A DNA stretch of 64,000 bases. Source: Promethearchaeota archaeon. Lineage in GTDB: Archaea > Asgardarchaeota > Lokiarchaeia > Sigyniarchaeales > SOKP01. How positions within the stretch are numbered: the stretch's first letter is position 1; each line of letters opens with the position of its first letter. The DNA is taken from positions 192,001 to 256,000 of the forward strand of contig JAEOUA010000007.1 of NCBI GenBank assembly GCA_016839555.1. Reading direction: 5' to 3'. Below are positions 1-9,651 of this stretch, piece by piece. The position numbers were made by a program, and so were the translations under genes. Below the pieces are notes generated by a model that saw only the letters and a list, made by a program, of their open reading frames with translations, was not told the origin of the DNA and searched no databases.

Positions 1-324
1 ACTGCAGAAAAAATATTACTCCGCTATCAAGGAGGGGGTACACAATTGCCAATTAAAGCAATTAAACAACAATGTGAAAAAGCTGAAAAAAAGACACTCG
101 TATTTATTATCACTGACTTTGGAATCTATAATTGGGGCGGTGCGAAAAAAATAATGATGGAATTGAGTGAAAAAGGGCACAAAATTGTAGGGTTCTTTAT
201 AGGATCCAATAAAATTCCTAAAAGGAAGTTTAGTGAATTATTATCTAAGGTTACTTTTTATCCAATTAAAAATTGGCAAGATTTAATAAATCTAGTTATA
301 AAAGAAATAAAAAAATATTATTAG
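1..324 (+). CDS. C-terminal part of a vWA-domain protein (5' end outside window)
   Basis: Frame 1 is open from base 1 (TAEKILLRYQGGGTQLPIKA...). GGGT and hydrophobic strand-TD (VFIITDFG) are typical vWA MIDAS elements. The ORF-track start at 46 is internal. Confidence 0.65.
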   Translation, partial: TAEKILLRYQGGGTQLPIKAIKQQCEKAEKKTLVFIITDFGIYNWGGAKKIMMELSEKGHKIVGFFIGSNKIPKRKFSELLSKVTFYPIKNWQDLINLVIKEIKKYY

Positions 325-896
325 ATACCTTTTTTGCTAATCTATATCAAGTTTATCAGTTGTTTTTTACCTTTCTTCAAAAATAGATTTAAGAAAAAAG
401 AGTAGAAAATAGGTGTCCTCACCTTACAACCATAACTTAAAGGGAGAAGTAAAGAAGATTTCTACTTTATATACATAAAGTAGATCACCAAAAGACAAAA
501 ATCCAGGGATTAAAGTGGGAAAAACCTATCTCCTTAAACAGTCCTATTATGAACTGTTAATAAATAGTAGTTTTTAAACTATTTAAAAGTTTTGATTTTA
601 TATACACAAATTTTAAATAGAAAGATCTAATTCCCTTTCTAATTAAAATGGCAAATATGATTATTAAGTGAATTAATTTAAGACTCAACTCTTCGTTTTA
701 AACTCTTAAAAAATTGTTTTCAAAAACGAATTAATTTTTTTGTACCAAGAAAGAATTATAAAACCGTATGTTTATTTAGAAGATTACAATAGTCTTGACA
801 TAAATGAAATCAAAAAGTGTAACAAAAAGATAATTTTTTAATAAGCCATAAGATTATTGCAATACAAATAAATTTTCTATTTTTCAGTGAATTTGA

Positions 897-1547
897 ATGA
901 ATGAAAAAGATGTGATAAATAAATTACAAGAGAGTATAATTGATGGTTCTATTGAAGATTCTATTAAGTATGTAGAACTTGCTATTGATATGAATATGGA
1001 TGCGACAATTATCTTAAAGGAAGCAATTATTAAAGGAGCAGATGAGGTTGGAAAAATGTATGAAAATGAGAAATACTTTCTTGCAGATTTAATCCTCGTC
1101 GGAGATGCAATAAATGAATGTATGAATCTTATAAAACCACTTCTTAAAGCAAAAAATGAAGAATCATTAGGCACGATAATGATTGGTACGCCTGAGGGTG
1201 ATATTCATAGCATTGGTAAAAGTTTAATAATATCATTATTACAAGGTCAGGGCTTTAATGTAATTGACTTAGGTGTAGACATTCCTCCTTCTAAGTTTGT
1301 AGAAGAAGCAAAAAATATTAACCCAGATATTATTGCTATGAGTAGTTTAATGACAGTAACAATCTCAAAAATGAGAGAAACAGTTATGCAAATTAAGAAT
1401 GCAGGTATTAATTCTAAAATAATATTAGGAGGAGGCATTGTATCCGAAGAAACTTGTAAAAGCATAGGGGCCGATGCCTGGGCAAAAGACGGATGGGAGG
1501 GAATAAGAATTATAAAAAATATGTTATATACAAATGGAGATGATTAA
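897..1547 (+). CDS. Corrinoid (B12-binding) methyltransferase protein, MtaC/MtbC-like
   Basis: N-terminal helical cap, DxHxxG (GDIHSIGK), DLGVD, SSLMT, ILGGG, IGADAW. Confidence 0.93.
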   Translation: MNEKDVINKLQESIIDGSIEDSIKYVELAIDMNMDATIILKEAIIKGADEVGKMYENEKYFLADLILVGDAINECMNLIKPLLKAKNEESLGTIMIGTPEGDIHSIGKSLIISLLQGQGFNVIDLGVDIPPSKFVEEAKNINPDIIAMSSLMTVTISKMRETVMQIKNAGINSKIILGGGIVSEETCKSIGADAWAKDGWEGIRIIKNMLYTNGDD

Positions 1548-1548
1548 A

Positions 1549-2637
1549 ATGCCACATAATTGGAATGCATCTGTTAGGAGAGTTATGAAGGCAATATCTG
1601 GATCTAAGCGAATTGATAAGGTTCCTTATCTTCCCTTAGCCGGTGAAGATACACTTGCTCGTATCTCAGGCAAAACAGTGAGAGAATTATTAGATTCACC
1701 TGAACTCTATGCGAAAGCAGCAATAGATTCCTATGAATTTCTTCAATCAGATTTTGTATCCATACCAACAGCATATACAGGACCTGCTGAGGCATTAGCT
1801 TTTGCCGAGTTTAATAGTAAAGCAGATGCAATAGAGTGGTATGATTATAAAATTTTTATGTTACAACAGGGTGAAGTTTGTAAAACTAAAAGTGATATTG
1901 AGAATTTAATAATACCCGATCATAGTAAGTCTAAACTCTGGGTTAACCTATTTGAAGCAGCAAAAATTATTCAACAAGAAATTAACTATCCTCAAAATTG
2001 CATATTAGGTTTATGGGGGGTCGTTCAAGAATTAAGAGGTATTCAGGCTTATAGAGATATGAGAAGAGATCCTGAGTTATTATTGAAATTATGTGAAAAA
2101 ATATATGAGTCTTTATTAGATTTATACTATTATTCGGTTGATATATTAGGAAAACCCAATTTTATAACAATCGTAGGATATGCATTTAATAAGCATATGA
2201 TGAGTTTCGAGGATGCAATGAAATATGAAGGAGATTTTATAAAACGACTGCAAAAGGAAATTAAGATTCCTTTAATATTACATAATTGTGGCACTACTCC
2301 TTATTTTGAAGAAATATGTAATGAAATTGATTTTATAGGTGTAAATGGTTCTCATCCATTGGACATTCAATATTGGATAGAATTTCAGAAAAAATTTCCA
2401 AAGGTTGCTATATTAGGTGCTAATATTGATGTAAGTCGCGAACTATTTTATGGTACACCTCAAGATGTAGAAGAAAAGGTAAAAGAAAATATCTTAAATT
2501 TAGCTCCTAATGGGAGATATATTTGTTCACCAGTATGTAGTATACCTTGGGGTGTCTCATTGCTAAATATGATGGCAATTCCTAGAGGAATAAATAAATA
2601 CGGAAAAGAGCCATTTAAACTTAAAAAAAATGAGTAA
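1549..2637 (+). CDS. Uroporphyrinogen-decarboxylase-family methylcobamide methyltransferase (MtaA/CmuA-like)
   Basis: HNCG and C-terminal SPVCS zinc ligands, GTPQDV motif. Adjacent to the corrinoid protein. ATG at 1549 follows GGAGATGA (ORF track starts at 1534). Confidence 0.85.
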   Translation: MPHNWNASVRRVMKAISGSKRIDKVPYLPLAGEDTLARISGKTVRELLDSPELYAKAAIDSYEFLQSDFVSIPTAYTGPAEALAFAEFNSKADAIEWYDYKIFMLQQGEVCKTKSDIENLIIPDHSKSKLWVNLFEAAKIIQQEINYPQNCILGLWGVVQELRGIQAYRDMRRDPELLLKLCEKIYESLLDLYYYSVDILGKPNFITIVGYAFNKHMMSFEDAMKYEGDFIKRLQKEIKIPLILHNCGTTPYFEEICNEIDFIGVNGSHPLDIQYWIEFQKKFPKVAILGANIDVSRELFYGTPQDVEEKVKENILNLAPNGRYICSPVCSIPWGVSLLNMMAIPRGINKYGKEPFKLKKNE

Positions 2638-2727
2638 TAATAATTATTTTTTGCGTAAAAATCCTAACTAAAAAAATTTAACTCAATCTTCAATTGAAAT
2701 GACATATATGGTTAATAATAAATTAGT

Positions 2728-3003
2728 TTAATACTCATATCTTTCATTTAAATTTTTAAGAAATTGTTTAATAAAATATCGTTGGCTCTCGCAATAATTC
2801 CACTTCTCTTTATCATTTAAATTATCGCAATTTTCTATAATATTTTGTATATCTTCAATTATTTTAAAAATTTCTTTGGCTTGAGTTTTGGATTTGGTAC
2901 TTTCAATGCAAGTTAAAGCGAATTCTTCATCTAAGAGCTTTTGAATATCTATAGAACTATTATCATTTGGAATTTGTGATTTAGATTTTGTTTGAGGATA
3001 CAT
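2728..3003 (-). CDS. Small hypothetical helical protein
   Basis: 91-aa ATG ORF in otherwise non-coding space; no motif recognised. Confidence 0.5.
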   Translation of the reverse strand: MYPQTKSKSQIPNDNSSIDIQKLLDEEFALTCIESTKSKTQAKEIFKIIEDIQNIIENCDNLNDKEKWNYCESQRYFIKQFLKNLNERYEY

Positions 3004-3249
3004 TTTGAAATTTTTTTCTACACTTGAATGTTATATATACTTTAAGAATATCCAGAATTATATGAGTATATTACAACTAATATTTTTGTAGATATGTAAT
3101 ATCTGGATATATTATTTCTTTATCAAGATCTCCCATAAAGCATTGACAAGATAAAAAAAAGTTTTATGTTGAGCTAAATAATTATATGTAATAATAATTT
3201 CTAAAATAACAACCATCATAAATATAAAATAGTATAATGAGTGATAATA

Positions 3250-4008
3250 ATGGGCGAACATAGTATTGTAGGAGTTTCCGCTTCAAAAGTTGTTGCTTTA
3301 ATTGGGGCATTATTTGCGTTTTCGGCAGGACTAAATTTAATGTTTACACCCGATATTGTTTCAATACTCTGTGGAATTGTGATTTTTGTATTAAGTATTA
3401 TTCTTATAATTGCTATAAATGTGTTTGGGGTAAATATTAGAAGAAATATTCCTTATGAATGGTGGTTATTGTTATTAATTGCTTTAGGATTGTTTATTTT
3501 TTATATTATCCTCTATTATCTTCCCTTTATTTCAGTTTTAGATTCAGAAGCAGAGGAGGGGATATTTGATAGGATTCTTAATATATTTTCTTTGTCAGAA
3601 GCGGGTTCAGAAGTACCCATTTTGTTTGATGCGAGAGTAATATTATTATTAAGTATCCTATTGATAATTCTCGGTTGTGTACTTAAAGTATTAGGTGAAA
3701 GAAATACAAAAATATATACATCTTCTAAAATTGTGGTAAGTTTTGGAGCTTGTTGGGCAATCATAGAAGCAATTTTATTAATACTATCCTCTGATATTGT
3801 TAGGATTATAATAGGGATTATCGCTGTAGTATTAGCTATATTGTTGATCTTGAGCATACCTGCAAGTATAAAACTTCCCTATTCTTGGTGGTTTATCTTA
3901 ATTATTGGATTCATTTATTTTGTTCTTTTAGCTCCTTACTTCTCTTATACAATAATTAGCGGTGCCCTAGTATTAGTAGGATTTGTCCTAATTTTAATGG
4001 CATATTAA
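3250..4008 (+). CDS. Polytopic membrane protein with an internal duplication
   Basis: About 8 hydrophobic segments. The two halves share SKxV...DIV...PYxWW. ATG at 3250 follows GAGTGA. Confidence 0.75.
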   Translation: MGEHSIVGVSASKVVALIGALFAFSAGLNLMFTPDIVSILCGIVIFVLSIILIIAINVFGVNIRRNIPYEWWLLLLIALGLFIFYIILYYLPFISVLDSEAEEGIFDRILNIFSLSEAGSEVPILFDARVILLLSILLIILGCVLKVLGERNTKIYTSSKIVVSFGACWAIIEAILLILSSDIVRIIIGIIAVVLAILLILSIPASIKLPYSWWFILIIGFIYFVLLAPYFSYTIISGALVLVGFVLILMAY

Positions 4009-4147
4009 TTTCTAAAAATTATTTTTTTTCTATTTTTCATTTTTTAAAAGATTCTATCTTACAGAATGAGATTAAATTAGCTTCAAATATAAAAAACTAG
4101 TTTTAAAACTGAAGCTTTTGAAGAAGAAGATCTTTCTAAAAGAAGTT

Positions 4148-5050
4148 TTATGCCTCTGGCAATAAAATTTTATTTATTTCAATCCAGTTTTCCTTTAAAT
4201 TTGGTTCTAAGTTATGTTTTTGCTTTATAGTCGAAGAAATTGATCTACAGATTCTTTTTAATTCAAGAGATTGCAAATAATTAATATTTGGAGCTATAAC
4301 TGAAATCATAAACTGGGTTTGTTTAGAGCGTGTTGATTCATCAATATAAGCGTCAAAATAAATATATGTGTTCATATTTATGTAATCTATTTTCAAAAGG
4401 ACATCTTCTGCATGAGTAATTTGGCTTTGTCCATATATAGGAATCATGGCCTGAAAGAGATGATTTCCTAACTTATCAATTTTAAAGGAATGGATGTCAA
4501 AGGAATTGATTTCACTCTTAGGGTAGCTTTTTATCAATTTAGGTCCATATAAATCATCCCATTTCATTATAAACACTATGATATCACTTGTTTTTGGTTT
4601 TTCTTTAGAAATTCTTTCTATTTCCCTATCTTCTTGAGAAATTTCTTTAATCTTTTGTTCTAATTTATTTTCGTTAGCTTTACGGAATAGCTTTCCTTTA
4701 ATAGTTGCGAGTACATCTTTTTCATTGATTGGTTTTGTAATATAATCATCTGCTCCCAAGATTTTACCTAATCTAATCTCTTTTTGGGAAGATAATCCTG
4801 AAAGAAATATAAAAGGAATATGTTGATAGAAAGGATTTGCCATAACTATTTTTAATAACTCGTATCCATTAATTTGAGGCATTTTTATATCAGAAATTAT
4901 TAAATCAAAGGGTATATTTTCATTAAGAAGCTCTAAGGCTTTTTTACCATTTATAGTTGTTTTAACTTTATAACCTTTAGACTCTAATAAAGCTTTAATA
5001 TATGATAAAAAATCTTTATCATCATCAACAATTAATATCTGAGATTTCAC
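4148..5050 (-). CDS. Response regulator receiver fused to a uDENN/longin-like domain
   Basis: REC motifs ILIVDDD, ISDIKMP, LSG, GADDYITKP. The C-terminal IMKWDDLYGPKLIKSYP resembles the uDENN first-strand GP motif. Confidence 0.85.
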   Translation of the reverse strand: MKSQILIVDDDKDFLSYIKALLESKGYKVKTTINGKKALELLNENIPFDLIISDIKMPQINGYELLKIVMANPFYQHIPFIFLSGLSSQKEIRLGKILGADDYITKPINEKDVLATIKGKLFRKANENKLEQKIKEISQEDREIERISKEKPKTSDIIVFIMKWDDLYGPKLIKSYPKSEINSFDIHSFKIDKLGNHLFQAMIPIYGQSQITHAEDVLLKIDYINMNTYIYFDAYIDESTRSKQTQFMISVIAPNINYLQSLELKRICRSISSTIKQKHNLEPNLKENWIEINKILLPEA

Positions 5051-5261
5051 GATTTAATTACAATGGCTTTGATTTTCATATATTTTGACAAATAATTATA
5101 TAGTCTTGTTCATATAAAAATATTATTAATTTCTAAAAAGATATTATTAACTTTAAGATTAGAAAATGGAAAAAAAGGTTCTTAATTCCTAAAAAAACAA
5201 AAAAATATAATTTATAAAGACTATTTGCCTTAAAATTCTCACTATTTTATTATATTTTAAA

Positions 5262-5414
5262 AATTAAATCGGAGTTTTTTCATAACTTTTATAAATTTTG
5301 CGATTTCATAGAATTTTTTATCATAATACAAGAGATAGGGGCTTTTTGCGATGGTGTAATGAAACAAGAGAGCTGTTTGAACCCAATTGGGCCAATTAAA
5401 TCGGAGTTTTTTCA
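5262..5414. repeat. 21-bp perfect direct repeat AATTAAATCGGAGTTTTTTCA (5262-5282 and 5394-5414)
   Basis: Read directly. One copy contains the GTPase 3' end (EKTPI*); the spacer is 111 bp. Confidence 0.85.
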
Positions 5415-5932
5415 AAATTGGTATATATGGTGGTTTTAAATAATTCATATTCATTTTTTTCTTGTAATATTTCTCTGATTCTATTTATCAATTCATCGAT
5501 AAGTTCATCTGTGATATCTGGACGCATTTTCTTGAGCTTTGGGTCAAATTTATGTAAAAAAATTGAATAATCAAAATCATGCTTATGATTTCCAACTTTG
5601 TTTGTCACCTTTTTTAAATAATCAAGTGCCTTCTCATACCTCTCAACATCTTGGACATCGATCACATAAATAAGTTTATTACAACCTTTAAAATATTCTG
5701 GAAAATTGACCAGATGCTTATCCCGATATGCCTTTTGGCCTCCAAAATCCCAAATATTAAATTGAGTGTTCTGAAACTCCATATTGACTATTTGATGATT
5801 CTTAGTGGGGCTTAATTTACAATATGACAAAATATTTTGGTCACCCCGTAAACTTAACACTATGGAAGTCTTCCCCGCATTATCTAATCCCATTAATATG
5901 ATTTTTCGTTTTAAATTCTCTTCCATATTCAC
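5396..5932 (-). CDS. Ras-superfamily small GTPase (Arf/Rag-like)
   Basis: G1 GLDNAGKTS, G2 SPT, G3 WDFGGQ, G4 HKFD, G5 TTIY. Confidence 0.93.
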   Translation of the reverse strand: MNMEENLKRKIILMGLDNAGKTSIVLSLRGDQNILSYCKLSPTKNHQIVNMEFQNTQFNIWDFGGQKAYRDKHLVNFPEYFKGCNKLIYVIDVQDVERYEKALDYLKKVTNKVGNHKHDFDYSIFLHKFDPKLKKMRPDITDELIDELINRIREILQEKNEYELFKTTIYTNFEKTPI

Positions 5933-6352
5933 AGATTTCCTTTGTATATGCTGTTACTGATAATAAATATAATAAAACTTTAGATTACAATATTTAAACT
6001 ATTTCAAGTTATTTAAACATGATCTCTAAAATTTATAAAATAAATTGAGTAGTAATTTCTAAATGATTCTTTTGATATACTAAATATTCATCCATGATTG
6101 AGAGCTTTAAAATAAAAAAAAATCCGGTCATTAAATTATTTTAATATGTTTAATATTAATATTGTTGTAAGATTTTAAATAATTAATATTAAATTTTTAT
6201 TGTTTAGAATATTCTAATTGATCTATGCTTAATAACTTTTATTATCTCTTACAGATTATTTTTGTTAATCTATCGACAGACCGTCATATTTAAATATGAT
6301 GATATCATAATATTAAAATAATCCTCGTAAAAAAAATTTGTGAAAATAAAAA

Positions 6353-6853
6353 ATGATAACTAGTAGTGATATAAGTATCGATAATATAGATAGGAAGATA
6401 ATAAGCCTACTTCAGAAAGATCCAAGCATCACTCATACCGAAATTGCCAAAGAAGTGAAACGGAGTCAACCTACTATTGGTTTAAGAATTAAAAAACTTG
6501 AAAAAGCAGGAATTATGAATTTTCAAGCGGGTTTAAATTTAAAAGTTGCTGATGTCCTTATTGCGAGAGTTGATTTGCAAACTAATAATCCCGAAAAAAT
6601 TTTAAATGAAATTAAAAATTGTCCCTATATTATAAACGGATTTCAATTAAGCGGGACCTATAATCTTAGCTTGCTCATAGCTAATTCAGCTTTAAAACAT
6701 TTAGATATCATAATTAATGAACATTTTAGAAACGATCCTGATGTTCTGAAAATACATATGGAAATTGTAACTAATATTATAAATGACTTCGTATTACCGA
6801 TGAATTTAAATACTAAAAAATGTAAATGTGACGAGAAATTCGAATCTCATTAA
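6353..6853 (+). CDS. Lrp/AsnC family transcriptional regulator
   Basis: IDNIDRKIISLLQKD...EIAKEV...RIKKLEKAGI HTH plus a RAM-like domain (LSGTYNL). Confidence 0.92.
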   Translation: MITSSDISIDNIDRKIISLLQKDPSITHTEIAKEVKRSQPTIGLRIKKLEKAGIMNFQAGLNLKVADVLIARVDLQTNNPEKILNEIKNCPYIINGFQLSGTYNLSLLIANSALKHLDIIINEHFRNDPDVLKIHMEIVTNIINDFVLPMNLNTKKCKCDEKFESH

Positions 6854-6902
6854 CTTTTTTTATTTAGTTCTAATTTTTACTATTATTTAATAAGAAAAAA
6901 GC

Positions 6903-7574
6903 TTAAAAATTATCTTTCACCCATTGCTCGAATTTAATTTTTCTAAGCTCCTCTGCCCAGAGAGCCTTAATATTAGCCTCTTGTGGTAATAATTTTTCTT
7001 TTTTAAGCATAGTATAGAGTTTATCAATTGTTTTATCCAATAAAATTTGGTATAATGATTTTTGATCTTTGTTGATCTCTGCAAATTCTCTTAACACCTC
7101 ATCTTTAGTTTCTTTAATTATATTAATCCAATTTTTAGCAAAGAGATTTATATATTCATCGAGCTTATTTAAGGTTTCAATATTAAGAACTGGAAAGGTG
7201 ATTTCATATTTTCCATCCTTCTTTTGGATTAAATTATACCATTCAAGATTTAAAAGGTGATTCTCAAGGACTTGTTCACTCCATTGAAATCTGACGCGTG
7301 GGCTGTATTCTTCTTTTTGAATTAAGAGAGGTTTAGGCGAGAACCTAATATAGTTTAATAATTCTTTAAAACTTTTTGGGCCTTCATTTGCAAGAGTAAT
7401 AAGAATTTCACGCCGAACCTTATTTTCCAAAGGCCAAGGAACCTCCCTTTCGTCCCATGGCTTTCCTCTATCGAAATCAAACCAAGGTTGAATTTCTTCG
7501 ATATTTATTTTTGCATTAAATCGGTAATTATTATATTTTCCCTTAATATCTTTTATCTCCTTCATATGCTTCAC
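6903..7574 (-). CDS. Winged-helix domain protein, downstream of sufCB
   Basis: RREILITLANEGPKSFKEL...HLLNLEWYNLIQKKDGKYEI wHTH pattern. Confidence 0.6.
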   Translation of the reverse strand: MKHMKEIKDIKGKYNNYRFNAKINIEEIQPWFDFDRGKPWDEREVPWPLENKVRREILITLANEGPKSFKELLNYIRFSPKPLLIQKEEYSPRVRFQWSEQVLENHLLNLEWYNLIQKKDGKYEITFPVLNIETLNKLDEYINLFAKNWINIIKETKDEVLREFAEINKDQKSLYQILLDKTIDKLYTMLKKEKLLPQEANIKALWAEELRKIKFEQWVKDNF

Positions 7575-7598
7575 TCTTTTTTTTTTAGTTATTTTTAG

Positions 7599-8561
7599 TT
7601 AATCTTCTCCTAGCATTGCTTCAATTAAAATATCTGTAGCTTCTTCTTCAGATAATCCTTTTGCTTGCAGTTCATCCAACCATTTCTGCGGGAAACGACC
7701 CAAGGATGCCTCGTGGGAAACAGTTGAAGTAGGATCAATAGCTCTAATAAAGGGGCGGGACCTACAAATGGAGCCCTTTCCTAAAACTATTTCTTGACAC
7801 TCTACATGACCATTACAATACGGGGCATTTCCTTCCGTAATGCCATACATTAATACTTCACCTCCATCCTTTGCGGCGGCTTTCATTTTTATAACACTTC
7901 GGGCATTTTCCCCTTCCAGGAATACAGAGTCTCTTATCCTTATTGAATCGCCAATACCTTTTCCAAAAGCTTTTACATTTGAGCGTATTACACTATTTTT
8001 CATAGCATAAATATCTAAAAGAATTTTTACTTTTCCGGGTGTTCCTTGAGTTAAATTAAAATTATTCTCATAAATACTATTTTCACCAATATACATATAA
8101 CTTACGGGAGCAACTAACGCACCACTTTTTTCCCCATGATAATGAGTTTCATTATAGGCAAACTTGCAATTATTTCCAATGTAGAAATGACCAAACATTT
8201 TATGAGTTAATCCATCGGCATTGGGAAAACTACAATGAGCTCTAATAGTGACTTCTGTATTATCTTCCGCAATAATCCTTGGAAAAATTTGTTGAATGCC
8301 GGATTGCTTATTTACTCCAAAACATAAATGAACTGGATCTTCAATTACAGAACCTTCTTTAATAATTATATCTGCTACAATGCCATTCTCAATTTCCCTT
8401 CCTTTTAATATTACCCCTTCAATTTCTTCTATACCACTAATTTTATTAAAATTTAAAAGTAGTTTTGCCCCTTTTCCATGTCCGGGTAAAAAATCATTTA
8501 TATCGATATTGTAATTTTCAAGACTTTCTAAGATTTCTTCGGGATAAGGTTTTTCGCTCAT
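7599..8561 (-). CDS. sufB: SufB/SufD-family Fe-S scaffold (SmsB-like)
   Basis: PVHLCFG, AHCSFPN, GHVECQE, VSHEASLG, KGLSEEEA; overlaps sufC by 4 bp. Confidence 0.9.
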   Translation of the reverse strand: MSEKPYPEEILESLENYNIDINDFLPGHGKGAKLLLNFNKISGIEEIEGVILKGREIENGIVADIIIKEGSVIEDPVHLCFGVNKQSGIQQIFPRIIAEDNTEVTIRAHCSFPNADGLTHKMFGHFYIGNNCKFAYNETHYHGEKSGALVAPVSYMYIGENSIYENNFNLTQGTPGKVKILLDIYAMKNSVIRSNVKAFGKGIGDSIRIRDSVFLEGENARSVIKMKAAAKDGGEVLMYGITEGNAPYCNGHVECQEIVLGKGSICRSRPFIRAIDPTSTVSHEASLGRFPQKWLDELQAKGLSEEEATDILIEAMLGED

Positions 8562-9355
8562 TGTTCTCCCTCTTCACGAAATATTTTATCAATATAATCC
8601 TCTCCGAAACAAGCATTATCATTTTGGAATAACGTTCTTTTACAGAAATCTTTTAAGCCAGCCTTGGCACAAAAATGTAGCATAACCTCCGGAAACTTAT
8701 CTGTGATTAGGGATTTTCCTTGCCATAAGAGTGTGCCATAATCCGCAACCATCCCAATATCTTCACGATGAGTTATTAAAAGAATTGTCATATTAAGCTT
8801 CCTAATCTTATTGAAAATGTGTAAAAAGTCTTCAATAACAATCATATCGAGTCCAGAATCAGGTTCATCGAGCATTATTAATTTAGGTCTCATCGCGATT
8901 GTTGCTGCCAACTCTATTCTTTTTCTCTCTCCACCGCTCAGAGTTTCATCTATCCTCCTATTGAGATATTTATTTGGATTTAAATTGACTATATTTAATG
9001 CTTCTACTGCTTGTTCCTTTATATTACTCTTATTTTTGATGCCTAATGATAAATATTTCAACACGGATAAACCATCTATTCTTGCAGGTTCTTGCCATGC
9101 AAGAGTAATCCCTAATTTTGCTCGTTCTGTTACTCCTAAATCTGTAATATCTTCTCCGTTGAACAAGATTTTTCCCTTACTTAACTCATAGTTCGGCAAA
9201 CCCATAATCGCATATGCTAGTGATGATTTACCAGAGCCATTAGGTCCTATAATCGCGTGAATGGAGCCTTCTATTACTCCAAAGGAAATATCTTCAATGA
9301 TTATATGTTTTTTATCAAATGTGGGAACAGTAACGTCTTTCAATTCTAAAAGCAT
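8558..9355 (-). CDS. sufC: SufC ABC ATPase (SmsC-like)
   Basis: GPNGSGKS, LAWQEP, LSGGERKRIE, LDEPDSGLD; Cys-containing C-terminal tail. Confidence 0.92.
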   Translation of the reverse strand: MLLELKDVTVPTFDKKHIIIEDISFGVIEGSIHAIIGPNGSGKSSLAYAIMGLPNYELSKGKILFNGEDITDLGVTERAKLGITLAWQEPARIDGLSVLKYLSLGIKNKSNIKEQAVEALNIVNLNPNKYLNRRIDETLSGGERKRIELAATIAMRPKLIMLDEPDSGLDMIVIEDFLHIFNKIRKLNMTILLITHREDIGMVADYGTLLWQGKSLITDKFPEVMLHFCAKAGLKDFCKRTLFQNDNACFGEDYIDKIFREEGEQ

Positions 9356-9651
9356 TTTAATTTATCTAACTTTCTTTGATTATTTTGAGTTATTAATTAT
9401 TAAAATATAAAGTACATCCTATTTATTTTTTCTTTTAATAAAAATTAGGATTAAATTATTCTTGATTATATTTTTTTAAAATAAAAACTATCAATGGCCA
9501 TAGATTTAAAACAATTTTTGCCATTCTCTTATCTTTTATTAAAATTTTAGATAAATAAAAGTTTAAATATAAGTTAAGATAATAGAATTTTATCTTAATT
9601 TATTAAAAAATTTAAATTTATAACTTAATAAAATAACAGAGTTATAAGAAT

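Noticed and set aside
400-560. Cobalamin riboswitch upstream of the corrinoid operon
   Set aside because: B12-box and other consensus elements not found; about 350 bp from the start codon
5370-5393. GGGTTCAAA on the minus strand resembling a tRNA T-loop
   Set aside because: No T-stem pairing or cloverleaf
5257-5454. 65-aa ORF with repeated KKLRFN
   Set aside because: The peptide repeat just reflects the 21-bp DNA repeat, and the ORF overlaps the GTPase gene out of frame
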